Shown: positions 43,592 to 53,967 of the stretch, one piece after another
Layout: every line of letters starts with the position of its first letter
Numbering within the stretch: position 1 is the first letter of the stretch
DNA from: an uncultured Chloroflexia bacterium
Lineage (GTDB): Bacteria > Chloroflexota > UBA6077 > JACCZL01
Length of the DNA stretch: 64,000 nucleotides
Direction: 5' to 3'
NCBI GenBank assembly: GCA_963765765.1
Contig: CAVXYC010000030.1
Location: 32,001 to 96,000, forward strand
The notes under the pieces: generated by a model
What the model saw: only the letters and a program-made list of their open reading frames with translations
What the model was told of the DNA's origin: nothing
Databases searched by the model: none
Made by a program: the position numbers and the translations under genes

Positions 43592-44083
43592 ATGCAAGTT
43601 CCTAAGCCCACTCGCTATGGTGAAAAGTTCTACCGTTCACGATGGAACAACCTCGCCCTGATCCTGGCGGTTGGCGCCGCCATGTTGACGTACGCGTTCC
43701 TGACCTGGCCTATCGCGGTGCCACAGGGCCATGGTGATCTTGGCCCCGTCTGGGGGGTGCTTGCCTTCATTGCCGCGGCGACATACCTGTTCGCGGCGTG
43801 GAAAGCCGATACGAATTGGCGACTCTCACGGATGATCCTTCTGATCGCTGGTGGCATCCACGTAGCCTTCGGAATCTTAATGAGCCTGCTCATCGGCCCG
43901 GCGGGCGAAGGTCTATCCTGGCTCAGTGGCTTGTATGACATTATCCCGGGCGTTATCGCTATCGTGGCTGGAGTGTTGACCCACGCTCCGAGCGGGGAAC
44001 GACCAACCCCGGAGCATGTCTGGCAGCAGTTAGAAGAGCGTAAGGAAGCGGAAGAGCACCGCCAGCGAACTGAGGGTGCATAA
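43592..44083 (+). CDS. Hypothetical 4-TM membrane protein
   Basis: RBS AAGGAG, four hydrophobic segments, charged C-terminal tail. Confidence 0.7.
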   Translation: MQVPKPTRYGEKFYRSRWNNLALILAVGAAMLTYAFLTWPIAVPQGHGDLGPVWGVLAFIAAATYLFAAWKADTNWRLSRMILLIAGGIHVAFGILMSLLIGPAGEGLSWLSGLYDIIPGVIAIVAGVLTHAPSGERPTPEHVWQQLEERKEAEEHRQRTEGA

Positions 44084-44284
44084 AAGGTACTCCGGGGAGT
44101 GTCTGGTGGGGGCACTCCAGAGGGCATGCAGAGGAATCGTGGGCGGTTACGACGGCATCTGGACTGACCCGGCGCCGCGAAGGCACCTGTCACTCTGGGC
44201 TTCTTGCCGCCGAGCACGGAAGCGCTTAAGCTGGCAAACGCCTGCTTCCCCGAGTAAAGAGAGTCGCTAGGTCCAGGAGTCGTC

Positions 44285-44398
44285 ATGCCCGAACGTCCCA
44301 GGTTCTACCTGCCTGATCCCGTCTTCAATGCCACTCCGTACCCGTTGCATACGCGGCTCAAACTCAAAGCCGTACCCGGCTTCCGGAATTGGGCTTGA
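44285..44398 (+). CDS. Candidate 37-aa small ORF
   Basis: RBS AGGAG, ATG, MPERPRFYLPDPVFNATPYPLHTRLKLKAVPGFRNWA*; stop overlaps the next TTG start (TTGA). Confidence 0.4.
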   Translation: MPERPRFYLPDPVFNATPYPLHTRLKLKAVPGFRNWA

Positions 44399-45562
44399 GC
44401 AGTCTTCCGCCTCCTACCGGCTAGTATCGCGTTGGGCGACGCAGCTTTCATTGGGTTGATGCTCAACGGCACGAGCCCAACGGTGACCCGCGCGAGCTGA
44501 TCGTCTGGCTCTGGTACCCGGCGAATCCAGATGCGGCGGCAGCCGTGGCGGAGTATCTCCCTCCCGGGTGGGACACCGCTGCGCAGTTCTGGGGTTTTCG
44601 AACGGAGGGCGTCTCGAGTCACGCGTACGCTGAGGCGCCGGTCGCATCCGAGCGTGCGCGTTTTCCGGTCCTTCTCTTTTCGCCGTCAGGCTTTCCGCCG
44701 CTGCTTCTCTCGGCATTGCTCGAAGAGGTGGCGAGTCATGGATATATCGTCGCCGGCATCAATCACACCTATGAGTCAGCGGTCAGCGTATTTCCTGATG
44801 GACGGGTGGTGCCGATGGACTCCGTACGCATGCAGCCGGTGCTCGGTCCCTTCGATGGAATTCCAGAGCAGACACACCAGAAACGGGCGCAGGTTGCGGA
44901 ACGTCAAGCGGCCGACATCCAGTTTGTAGCCGCGCAGCTCGAAACGCTCAATCGCAGCGCCGATCCGCTGGCAGGCCGCATGGACCTTGATCGTCTGGCC
45001 GCGTTTGGCCACTCTCTGGGAGGGAACGCGGCGTTGGAGTTCGCTCAGGGAAACGAGCGCTGCCCGGGCAGTGGCAAATCTCGATGGAGGCATCTGGAGC
45101 GCCATAGGTCAAACGGGCCTAGAGCGACCGACGATGCAGATACTGGCGGACCACGCGGAGATGGCCATGCCCTGCCCGGACATCGTCAAGATGGGCGCCT
45201 ATCCGTCTGTGGAATGGTGCGAGGCGGAGCGGGCGCTCACCATCGGCGGGTGGCAGACCGTCTTCGAGCTTGGCGCGCCGGGGTATGGATTATTGGTACG
45301 AGGCAGCGGGCATATTAGCTTCATGGATCTTCCATTCCTACCAGCGGTGCCTGGATCTATGATCGAGGCCGGCCTGGCTCTCGTACGCATCGATGCAGCG
45401 CGCGCCTGGCGCGTGATTTGTGATTCGCTACTGGCGTTCTTCGACCGGCACGTTCGCGATGCAGATGCGCCATTGCTCCACGGGCCTTCTGCCGAGATGC
45501 CCGAGCTTCTGTTTGGACCGCCACGCGACCTCATCGCCGCGCTCGGACCGAGAGCAACCTAG
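44395..45562 (+). pseudogene. PAF-acetylhydrolase/dienelactone-type alpha/beta hydrolase; in-frame TAG 44422-44424 and a frameshift about 45065
   Basis: LPPPTG*YRVG...RELIVWLWYPA, FPVLLFSP, ASHGYIV, GHSLGG, NLDG, H.SFMD. Confidence 0.8.
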
Positions 45563-45729
45563 ACCCACTTTGGACTGCGGCGGTCTTTGCCGCTTTCCAA
45601 TAGGTTCTCACCGGCCGTTGACACCTCCTCAGGGTCGGCGCATAGTAGCGAGCAGGATGGGCGCAGAGAGAAGCGCCGTGGAGCATCAGCTACAGCCGAC
45701 CACGCTTGATACGCGACAGGAGGATGCCC

Positions 45730-47028
45730 GTGAAAGCACCCAGTTTCGTCGGAGTCATGTTGGTTTCTGTGTTGATTGGCGGTGCGTGCAGCGCACCATC
45801 GGCGCCCGCGCCAGCCGCCGCGCCGGCCCAGAAGGCGCCAGCGACCGAAAAAGCCGCTGCCCCGGCCGCTGAAAAGGCATCAGCGGCCGCTCCCGCCACT
45901 GATGCCGAATGGGACCGCGTCGTGGAGGCCGGCAAGAAAGAAGGCCGCGTCACGATTTACGGCCGGCTCCTGTCCGGGCCTGAGGGCACGGTCCTGGCCG
46001 ATGCTTTCAAGCAGAAAACTGGCATAACGGTCGAGTTCATTGCCGGCGCAGGTAGCCCGATGTACTCGCGAATCAAAGAAGAGCTGAAAGCCGGGCGCCC
46101 GACCGCTGACCTGTATGAAGGTTCTCAGCCTTGGCCTGGCAACATCGAGCGTGAAGGGTACTTCGTCAATCTCAAAGATAAACCGATTCCGTCACTGAAG
46201 GATCCGGACAACGTCTGGCTTGTCGATCCATGGTTCATGAGCCCGGAGAAGAACTATCTGGGCACGCGCTTCGGCGACTACCTCGCCCACATCGCGGTGA
46301 ACACCGGCGTGATACCTGAAGCCGAGCTACCGAAAAGCTGGAGCGACTACGCAACGGACCCGCGCTTCAAGGGCAAGATCGGATGGGTAGATCCGAAGAC
46401 CACGCAGGATATCGGTACCGTCTGGGCACGCCACGGCTACACGGGTAAGGGCCTGACCATCGAGCATCTCTGGAGCATTTACAACGTTCAAAGTCCACAG
46501 CTCTTCGCCAATCCTGTGGAAGCCACCACGGCTATCGGTCGCGGCGAGGTGGGTCTCGGTACTGGCGCCACCTCATCGCTGTCACCGGCGGTGAAGGCCA
46601 GCGCACCGGTGAAGCTGGTGCTGTTCCCAGACACGCCGATCGTCTCACAGGCCAGCGGGATCGGCATCATCAAAGACACGCCCAATATGAACGCCGCGCT
46701 CGTCTTTATGAACTGGGTCATGAGTAAGGAGGGCATGGACCTGATCGCGCGGACCAACCAGGCGCGCACAGTCCGAACCGATGTCCACCCGGGCATCCCC
46801 GACGAGATGAAATCCGAAGTAGTAGGCGGCGGCAAACGCGGCCCGGAATATCTCCTGTCTGCGGCGCAGTCAGAGCTGGCGGGCGAGGTGGAAAACGCCG
46901 GCGTGATGCGCATGCTCACCGATGGCGCCTCGCTAGCCGACTTCAAGGCAGCCTACGACAAGTTCCTCATGGAGTGGGAGGCGAAGAAGGGCGGCCCGCA
47001 AGACACTCCGCTGAAGGCGCGTCAATAG
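45730..47028 (+). CDS. ABC substrate-binding lipoprotein (AfuA/SBP_bac_6-like)
   Basis: GGAC lipobox, Ala/Pro linker, EWDRVVEAGKKEGRV, DPRFKGKI, NAALVFMNWVMSKEG. Confidence 0.88.
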   Translation: MKAPSFVGVMLVSVLIGGACSAPSAPAPAAAPAQKAPATEKAAAPAAEKASAAAPATDAEWDRVVEAGKKEGRVTIYGRLLSGPEGTVLADAFKQKTGITVEFIAGAGSPMYSRIKEELKAGRPTADLYEGSQPWPGNIEREGYFVNLKDKPIPSLKDPDNVWLVDPWFMSPEKNYLGTRFGDYLAHIAVNTGVIPEAELPKSWSDYATDPRFKGKIGWVDPKTTQDIGTVWARHGYTGKGLTIEHLWSIYNVQSPQLFANPVEATTAIGRGEVGLGTGATSSLSPAVKASAPVKLVLFPDTPIVSQASGIGIIKDTPNMNAALVFMNWVMSKEGMDLIARTNQARTVRTDVHPGIPDEMKSEVVGGGKRGPEYLLSAAQSELAGEVENAGVMRMLTDGASLADFKAAYDKFLMEWEAKKGGPQDTPLKARQ

Positions 47029-47049
47029 AGCGGTAGATAACCCGGACCA

Positions 47050-47144
47050 GCAAAGCCGCATGCCGTGAGGGTGCGGTTCCCCTCGCGATATCTATGAATG
47101 AGGTGTTCGCGAAGGAGCCGCGCCCTCACGGCATGCGGCTCTGC
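47050..47144. repeat. Inverted REP-like pair, family AGCCGCA-CCGTGAGGG-GCGG (copy 1)
   Basis: GCAAAGCCGCATGCCGTGAGGGTGCGGTTCC ... GGAGCCGCGCCCTCACGGCATGCGGCTCTGC. Confidence 0.8.
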
Positions 47145-48383
47145 TCAGGAGGTCGCCGCCACCTCAAGCATGGCTTCCTGGATCGTGACTCGTCCGCTCT
47201 TGGGAAACGGCCTCGGCATCGGCTGGGCGATACCGTTGCAGTCAATTGTCCTGCAGACCAACCTGTATGTCCCGGGTTCCACCGCGGGTATCGCGGCTTG
47301 CCAGTGCACCACCGTGTAGCGCATCGGCCACTGAGTAGATGCTCCGGACGCGGGGTCGAAAAGAAGCGGCACGCCGGGCAGCCTGCCATCCGGCAGCATC
47401 GTTCCCCACTTCTCCGGCGGCGGAAGGATCTGGGCGTCCTGCCAGTTGGCGTTGCTAAATGTCGGATCATCCTCAGGAAGCGGGTCAGATTCGGGTTGGA
47501 GCGCGTACTGCACACGCGAGAGGCCGGACACGCCCACCTGGGCAACTCCTGAGATGCGGATCGGCTCGTTAGCTCGCGCCGTCGTGGGAATCTGAGCGAA
47601 GCGAGCGAATGTCTTCATCGCGCTGTCGATGTCGTTGTTCCCATCCTCATAGGTGTCGTTTGCCGCGTAGTGGTTGGTGAGCACCACTCGCTGAAGCCAC
47701 TTGACCGATTTGAATCCGTACGTTTCGGGTACCACCATGCGTACTGGCCCGCCGCGTTGGCCGGTGAGAAATTCGCCGTTGAGCTTGTAGCAAACAATGA
47801 CTGGCAGCTCGCCGGGCGGCTCCTCCAGCACCCGGCCGATCGGCAATGAGCTGCGGAACATCTGAGTCGGATCATCGTTGTGGTAGCCGTAATAGAAGAC
47901 TCGCCGCACATTGACGACCGGCCGAGTCATCCACACCAGCACTCGGAGTGGAACACCCTCCCATAGACCCATTCCCAGCGGCTCACCGATGTTGTTGCAC
48001 GAGAGTCCTTTCAAGAACTGCACTCCGTGCACCTGGCCGAGCTTCACGAGCGTCTCGAAGTCAATCGTCGAGCCAGACTCCCTGGAGAGCGGTTGCTCGA
48101 GCTTCGTATTGCTCTCGGGATCGGCAACGATCTCGAGCTGCCAGGTATCCCGTTCTAGCCCAAGCTCCAGGCGTCGACCCAACGGTAGGGTATAGGGCAA
48201 CGGGTTGCCCCGCTCTACGACACCGAAACGCTCTTGGGGCGTGAGGTAGCCGTGCTCAGCAATCGGATCTGGCTGTGAAGAATTCGGCTTGATTCGACCA
48301 TTGGGGTGTGTGCCAGTAAACACCGGGCGATCGCTCGATGGCTGCTTGTCCGCCGCCACGATACCTCCACAGCGATGACTCAT
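47145..48383 (-). CDS. Sulfite-oxidase-family molybdopterin oxidoreductase
   Basis: YLTP, SCNN...WEGVPL, LNGEFL...RGGPVRMVVP..YGFKSVKWL. Confidence 0.85.
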   Translation of the reverse strand: MSHRCGGIVAADKQPSSDRPVFTGTHPNGRIKPNSSQPDPIAEHGYLTPQERFGVVERGNPLPYTLPLGRRLELGLERDTWQLEIVADPESNTKLEQPLSRESGSTIDFETLVKLGQVHGVQFLKGLSCNNIGEPLGMGLWEGVPLRVLVWMTRPVVNVRRVFYYGYHNDDPTQMFRSSLPIGRVLEEPPGELPVIVCYKLNGEFLTGQRGGPVRMVVPETYGFKSVKWLQRVVLTNHYAANDTYEDGNNDIDSAMKTFARFAQIPTTARANEPIRISGVAQVGVSGLSRVQYALQPESDPLPEDDPTFSNANWQDAQILPPPEKWGTMLPDGRLPGVPLLFDPASGASTQWPMRYTVVHWQAAIPAVEPGTYRLVCRTIDCNGIAQPMPRPFPKSGRVTIQEAMLEVAATS

Positions 48384-48464
48384 TGCTCGATTGGGACAAG
48401 CTTACCGGCTTACTAATCAACGGACAATGGGAACAGGGATGGCCGTCAGCAAGTCAGCACGAAA

Positions 48465-49283
48465 TCAAGCGTTCACTCGGTGCACGTCCCACTGAACCTC
48501 AGCGCAGAACTCCAGGATCGCATCACGAGCAGGCGGCCAATACTCCGAGACTGGATCCCGAATACCGAGGTGGTCTGCATTGTCGATTGTTATCAGGCGG
48601 ACAGGGTCACCGGAGGCCGATGCGATTTTGAAGTACGACGTACTCCAACTGATGTGCACGACCTGATCGGCGGTGCCGTGGATCAAGAGTTGGGGAATGC
48701 CAAGGGGAAGGAGATCCCTGGGAGATGTCGACCCGTAGCGCTCCGGGAACTCGTCGGGGCTCCCACCGAAGAGCTCCTTCCAGACGCCGCCGCCAGGGCT
48801 ATAAGCGAACGCGGCGCGCTGATCCAGTCCTCCCGCGCACGCGATGGCACCGACAATCGGCAGCGGGTCGTGGCGGTAGAGCGGGCTCGTGGGTGGCAGG
48901 CGGCGTCGGGCGGCAAGCCAGAAGGCGAGCGAAGTCCCCGCCGAATGCCCCAGAGCAACGACCCGATTCAAATCAAGGTCATGCTCCGCCTCGAGCTCAC
49001 GAAGCAGATCGGCAGCGGACGCGAGATCCTCCCAGGTACCGGGCCAACCTCCGCCCGAGTTCCCGACCCGGCGATACTCCACATTCCACACGGCCAGGCC
49101 GTGTTCCGCGAGCGCCGCGCACGCCGGCGCAATCCCCGCGAGCGTACGGTTCGCCAGGAATCCACCCCCGTGGATGACAATGAGCACGGCATGCGGCCCT
49201 TTTCCGTCAGGGAGGTACAGGTCTGCGAACTGCTCCGATTCCTGTCCGTACGCGTAGCGAACCGGTGACTTAACAAGCTCCAT
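48465..49283 (-). CDS. Alpha/beta hydrolase (HSL/BD-FAE-like)
   Basis: HGGGF, NVEYRR, GHSAG, HGTADQVV, ADH. Confidence 0.9.
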   Translation of the reverse strand: MELVKSPVRYAYGQESEQFADLYLPDGKGPHAVLIVIHGGGFLANRTLAGIAPACAALAEHGLAVWNVEYRRVGNSGGGWPGTWEDLASAADLLRELEAEHDLDLNRVVALGHSAGTSLAFWLAARRRLPPTSPLYRHDPLPIVGAIACAGGLDQRAAFAYSPGGGVWKELFGGSPDEFPERYGSTSPRDLLPLGIPQLLIHGTADQVVHISWSTSYFKIASASGDPVRLITIDNADHLGIRDPVSEYWPPARDAILEFCAEVQWDVHRVNA

Positions 49284-49342
49284 GCGATTTCTCCACGGAT
49301 GTCGAGGCGGCGTTACCGCGCGAGACAACGGGAATCATTGGG

Positions 49343-49443
49343 GACAAAGCTGCAACCGTGAGGTGCGGTTCCTGCTGACTCTCCCCGGATGAGGCGGGCG
49401 GTGTACGCGGGAACCGCCCGCCCTCACGGGTTGCGGCTCTGTC
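49343..49443. repeat. Inverted REP-like pair, same family as 47050 (copy 2, degenerate)
   Basis: GACAAAGCTGCAACCGTGAGGTGCGGTTCC ... GGAACCGCCCGCCCTCACGGGTTGCGGCTCTGTC. Confidence 0.75.
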
Positions 49444-49448
49444 GTTGA

Positions 49449-50303
49449 TTAGGAGATCCCCTCCCAGTATCGTCGGCCCTCAAGCCGAATCACGCGTCCA
49501 AAGCCGCTGCCCGGAAAATGGCAGACCACACCGATCATCCCGGACTCTTCCAGTCGATCGAGCATCTGCTTGCGGGTAGACACGGCCGTGGGAAGGTCGC
49601 CGTCGAAACCAAATGGCACGTCCGGCTCAGTCACCTGAAGTGGGTGACCCATGGTGTCACCCAGAATGATGGCGCGCTCGCTCCCGGAGGTGATCAGCAG
49701 CGCCATGTGTCCCGGGGTGTGGCCCGGCGCCGGGATCGCCGTGATCTCGGCCGTAAGTGCGCGTTCGCCGTTGAGCAGCTCCAGCGCTCCTAAGTCCTTC
49801 AGCGGGGTGATGGTCTGGTCCACGTACGGCATATGGAAGGCCGACTGGACCTCTGACGTATGGAACGCATCCCAGTCCGCCTGGTGCATGAAATACCGTG
49901 CGCGCGGAAACGTGGGCTTCCCATCCGAGGTCATGTTCCAACCGACATGGTCGGGGTGAGCGTGTGTGGTGAAGACCACGTCGATGTCCTCCGGACTCAC
50001 ACCCTGCGCGCGGAGATCATCGAGCAGCCCACCCGGTTGATTGTCGAAGAGGTCACGCGGAGTCGGCCCAAAGCCAGTATCCACGAGAATAGTCTGGCCG
50101 CTGGAGCGGACAAGCTGTCCGCCAAAGTGCCCGTGCCACGTATCAGGTCCATAGAACGCGTCCGGGTAACGTTCTTGATAGGTCGCCCAGCTCTCCTCGC
50201 TCACCCCGGGGAAGAGCTGTCGCAGCGGCATCGGAAAGCGAACATGGGCGTCCGTCAGCTCGATGATCTCGACGTTGCCAACGCGTAGCGTGCCCTCGGC
50301 CAT
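49449..50303 (-). CDS. MBL-fold metallo-hydrolase
   Basis: VDTG, THAHPDHVG, PGHTPGH, GD, HF. Confidence 0.93.
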   Translation of the reverse strand: MAEGTLRVGNVEIIELTDAHVRFPMPLRQLFPGVSEESWATYQERYPDAFYGPDTWHGHFGGQLVRSSGQTILVDTGFGPTPRDLFDNQPGGLLDDLRAQGVSPEDIDVVFTTHAHPDHVGWNMTSDGKPTFPRARYFMHQADWDAFHTSEVQSAFHMPYVDQTITPLKDLGALELLNGERALTAEITAIPAPGHTPGHMALLITSGSERAIILGDTMGHPLQVTEPDVPFGFDGDLPTAVSTRKQMLDRLEESGMIGVVCHFPGSGFGRVIRLEGRRYWEGIS

Positions 50304-50322
50304 GACTCCCTCCTTCGTGTTC

Positions 50323-50399
50323 GTGGTTGGGGCTTTAGCCTTTTTCGGCGGTCGACTTACCTACCGAAAGCGGCAGAACAGTGCTAAAGCCCTCACTAC
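50323..50399. repeat. Degenerate GTAG-type REP doublet related to 17223
   Basis: GTGGTTGGGGCTTTAGC ... GCTAAAGCCCTCACTAC (reverse complement GTAGTGAGGGCTTTAGC; 14/17). Confidence 0.6.
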
Positions 50400-50408
50400 A
50401 CGCGTCGC

Positions 50409-51806
50409 TTACTTAGGGTTGATGTTGGGATTCAGACGGAACAGGTTGTCAGGATCATACTTCCGCTTTACCGACACCAGTCGATCGTAATTGGAGCCGT
50501 ATGAGGCGCGAATGCGAAGCTGCCAGTCATCACCGCCCATATGGTTGGTATATGCGGTTCCGGTGGTGAGCGGCTCGACCTTCTCCCAGATGTCTCGCGT
50601 CCACTTCGCGTGCGCGTCCGAACCCCCTTCAACCCACTGTGAGATGACGTTTACGTCCCAGAGCTTCTCGCGAAGCGCATAGGCGGTGGCATCGGGGGCC
50701 ACTCGCGTGATCGCGCCGTGGAGCGGATACGCGATGATCGCGGACATAGGGGATGACATGTTGTTGGCGCCCTCGATCAGGAGATCGATGATGTCATCCG
50801 TGACCTCGCGTGCGAAGCCGGATTTCCAGTAGCGCTGGAGTCCATGGATAGCCATGGGATCATCCAAGATCTTCTGACGCGCGGTGTAGGGCATCGGCTG
50901 CACAAGATCCGCGATAGGGGTGCCGAACTTGCGGATTGGCTCCAGAATGCGCTCGCCTTCGTCCAAAGAGCCGCTGTGGGACAGAACAATCGCTGACAGA
51001 GGATCGCCATCTGGTGAATTGAGCAACCCTGCCAGCACGTACGTGCTGTCCGGCAGATCACGGCCGAAATCGGCCACTGCTTTCCACACGTCCTTCGCGG
51101 CGGCTCGCGGATGAAGCACGAGACCGCCCCACACGGTCGGACCTACCTCATGGAGCTGATAGTGGAATGATGTCGCTACGCCGAAGTTTCCGCCGCCTCC
51201 TCGCAGCGCCCAGAAGAGATCGGTGTTTTCCTCCGCACTGGCAGTGCGCGCCTCGCCGTCCGCGGTGACAACGTCTACGGAGATCAGGTTGTCGCAGCTT
51301 AGTCCGTGGAGACCGGAAAGGAATCCAGCGCCACCCCCTAGAGTGAGACCCGCGATGCCTGTGTTGGAGACGGTGCCACCAGGCGTAGCGAGGCCAAAAG
51401 CCTGCGTCTCGCGATCGAATCCCGACCACAGTACGCCGCCCTGCGCGCGTGCCGTGCGAGCACTCGGGTCCACATGAACGCCCTTCATTCCCGAAAGGTC
51501 GATCACTAATCCGCCGTCGCAGGTCGCGTGGCCCGCGGCGTTATGACCACCGCCCCGCACGGCCAGTCGAAGGTTCTGCTCAACGGCGAACCGCACCGCG
51601 GCCTGCACATCCGGCGTACCCGTGCAGCGAGCGATCAACGCCGGCCGCCGGTCGATATTACCGTTCCAGACTCGGCGAGCATCGTCGTACGCATCGTCCG
51701 AGTCGCTCAAAAGCACCCCGGCTAGCTGTTCCCGTAGTCGCTCCACGGCAGTCTCGTTGATCTCGGTGGCTTCTCCAACGAGGGTCCTGGCATTGATGGC
51801 GGCCAT
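50409..51806 (-). CDS. FAD-linked oxidase (BBE / 6-hydroxy-D-nicotine oxidase / McrA family)
   Basis: VRGGGHN, GIAGLTLGGG, DLFWALRGGGGNFG, KRKYDPDNLFRLN. Confidence 0.93.
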   Translation of the reverse strand: MAAINARTLVGEATEINETAVERLREQLAGVLLSDSDDAYDDARRVWNGNIDRRPALIARCTGTPDVQAAVRFAVEQNLRLAVRGGGHNAAGHATCDGGLVIDLSGMKGVHVDPSARTARAQGGVLWSGFDRETQAFGLATPGGTVSNTGIAGLTLGGGAGFLSGLHGLSCDNLISVDVVTADGEARTASAEENTDLFWALRGGGGNFGVATSFHYQLHEVGPTVWGGLVLHPRAAAKDVWKAVADFGRDLPDSTYVLAGLLNSPDGDPLSAIVLSHSGSLDEGERILEPIRKFGTPIADLVQPMPYTARQKILDDPMAIHGLQRYWKSGFAREVTDDIIDLLIEGANNMSSPMSAIIAYPLHGAITRVAPDATAYALREKLWDVNVISQWVEGGSDAHAKWTRDIWEKVEPLTTGTAYTNHMGGDDWQLRIRASYGSNYDRLVSVKRKYDPDNLFRLNPNINPK

Positions 51807-51977
51807 TGCTTGCTCCTTCGATCCAATCGTCGCGAAATCCTACGATGCGTCATCGCGCCGATGATAGTCTCTGCCAGCTTGTGATGGATTGCGATGCTTA
51901 TTGTCATCACAGAGGTAGGCATTGCTTCGACATCCTGTTGCCTGCCTCATTTCCAACGAATCAGATTCGACACAGAC

Positions 51978-52769
51978 CTAAGCGGCTTGTCCGCGCACTG
52001 CCCAGGCCCTAGCGATGAGACTGATGGACCCGTCCGCTGCGACGGGAACGCTGGACTGAAGCCGCTGGCGCAGGGCTGCCTGAGCGGCAGGACTGAGCGA
52101 AGCCGTGTACGATCCGGCTGGGCCGGCGCCGCCAAGAAACGGCTGCCACAGATCATCGAGATCGCGAAACTTCGTCGGTACGTCGATTGCGCGAACTTTG
52201 ACGGAGGCGAGGCCGGCGTCGCGAAACCGCGACTCTAGAGCCTCTGGCTGACACAGGGGAAAGCGCCTGCCCTCATCAAGCTCGGCCGCGCCCGAGGCCA
52301 CGGCGGCGGCCGCGTCCCAGAAGAACCGCAGAAGCTGCATCCCGTCGGCGTAGTCCCAGACGTACGCGGCAATCACGCCTCCCGGCTTGACCACTCTGGC
52401 CATCTCGACAAGTCCCTGCGAGACGTCCGGAATGAAATTCAGCACCAGACCGCTGACGATCACGTCAAATCGTCCGCTGTCATAAGGAAGCCGCCCAGCG
52501 TCACCCACCCGGAAATTTGCGCGCGGATCGACAGCGTGCGCTCGTGCGAATGGAAGCATCGCTTCAGATGGATCGCAGCCATCGACCGTCAACGGATCGG
52601 ACCGCTCCAGAATCGCTGAGCTCAATGCACCAGTGCCGCAACCGACGTCCAGCCATCGCAGTCTCGTCGGCATGTCGAGCCAATCGAGGAGCTCGGGTGC
52701 CACCAGGCGACTCCATCGTCCGATGAACGCTTCGTATGGATCGTCTGTCCATTCGTGCATCGCGCTCAT
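51978..52769 (-). CDS. Class I SAM-dependent methyltransferase
   Basis: YEAFIGRWS, LDVGCGTG, LVLNF, AYVWDY. Confidence 0.9.
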   Translation of the reverse strand: MSAMHEWTDDPYEAFIGRWSRLVAPELLDWLDMPTRLRWLDVGCGTGALSSAILERSDPLTVDGCDPSEAMLPFARAHAVDPRANFRVGDAGRLPYDSGRFDVIVSGLVLNFIPDVSQGLVEMARVVKPGGVIAAYVWDYADGMQLLRFFWDAAAAVASGAAELDEGRRFPLCQPEALESRFRDAGLASVKVRAIDVPTKFRDLDDLWQPFLGGAGPAGSYTASLSPAAQAALRQRLQSSVPVAADGSISLIARAWAVRGQAA

Positions 52770-52776
52770 GAATACT

Positions 52777-53922
52777 CTATGCGCCTTTCGTGATGGCGGG
52801 CATCACATCGCGGGCAAACCAGCGGAGCTGTTCTTTGAACTCTTCGGGCGGCATGCCCTCGGCCCAATGGATCATGAGCTGATCCAGACCGGGATACTTC
52901 TCCTGGTACTCGCGAATCTGATCGATCACCAGTGATGGGGGACCGCACAGCCAGGCCTTCTGCCTGACGCCGTCATGAATACTTGGCGTGCGGGCTGGAG
53001 CGCCCGGCGTGCCCCAGGTACGACCGTTTTCGTCTGCGTAACGGACGAAACCAAACGGTCCAAACCACTTGTATCGCTCGTCGTGATACGGCTCTACGCG
53101 ACGCACCGCCTCCTCCTGCGAATCGGCCAGGTAGAGACCAACGCCGAGACACAGGTCCTCTCCAAGCTGAAGCTGTCGGCCGGCCTTTGCCGCCTCTTCC
53201 TGGTAGGCGCGGAACACCTGGTCTGTGATCAGCTCACCGTTGAGGGTCACCATTCCCTTGATGCCATTCTGAGCCATGAACGGAATGGACTTGCCGCTGG
53301 CGATTGGCTGCCAGATCTCGACCGGTTGATGGATCGGCCGCGGGACGAGCGTGATGTCTTCTGGGACGTAGCCGCGAAAGGGAAGCTGCGCGGGGATCTG
53401 GTAGTGCTTGCCGTGATGCGAGAACGATTCCTGGTGGAAGGCTTTAAAGAGCACTTCCATCTGCTCTTCGAACAGCTCCATATTCGCCTGGCCGTCGAGC
53501 AGAGGCGCGCCGAGCGTTTCCACCTCGCGCGTCTGATAGCCACGCCCTACGCCGAAGACAATACGTCCGTCCGTCAGGATGTCGGCCAGGGCGTAGTCCT
53601 CAGCGATCCGAAGCGGGTGCCAGATGGGCAGCACATTGAACGCACATCCGAACTTGAGCTTGCGCGTCTGGGAGGCCAGCCAGGTTCCAAAGAGGATCAG
53701 GTTGGGGATGACTTCATAGGCTTCACGCTGAAAGTGATGCTCAGCCATCCACAAGCAGTAGTAGTCAAGCTCATCCATGAGCTGGGACAGTTCGGTGGCG
53801 GTGCGATAGGCCTGAACAATCTGGTCGTTCGAGTAGCGACGGTCGTCAGCCGGCGTGCCCTGCAGCCCGACGTTCTCGAGCTCGATCTGACCCACGTATA
53901 ACACCGAGACCTTGGTGATCAT
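52777..53922 (-). CDS. LLM-class flavin-dependent oxidoreductase
   Basis: WMAEHHFQ, WHPLRIAED, GVGRGYQ, FARDVMP. Confidence 0.92.
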   Translation of the reverse strand: MITKVSVLYVGQIELENVGLQGTPADDRRYSNDQIVQAYRTATELSQLMDELDYYCLWMAEHHFQREAYEVIPNLILFGTWLASQTRKLKFGCAFNVLPIWHPLRIAEDYALADILTDGRIVFGVGRGYQTREVETLGAPLLDGQANMELFEEQMEVLFKAFHQESFSHHGKHYQIPAQLPFRGYVPEDITLVPRPIHQPVEIWQPIASGKSIPFMAQNGIKGMVTLNGELITDQVFRAYQEEAAKAGRQLQLGEDLCLGVGLYLADSQEEAVRRVEPYHDERYKWFGPFGFVRYADENGRTWGTPGAPARTPSIHDGVRQKAWLCGPPSLVIDQIREYQEKYPGLDQLMIHWAEGMPPEEFKEQLRWFARDVMPAITKGA

Positions 53923-53967
53923 GCCGACCTCCACTGTGACGCAGGATATCGGGTCATGGTGATCACC

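Noticed and set aside
44090-44122. GGAGTGTC...GGCACTCC hairpin as an ncRNA
   Set aside because: Short stem directly after a stop codon; adequately explained as a terminator-like hairpin.
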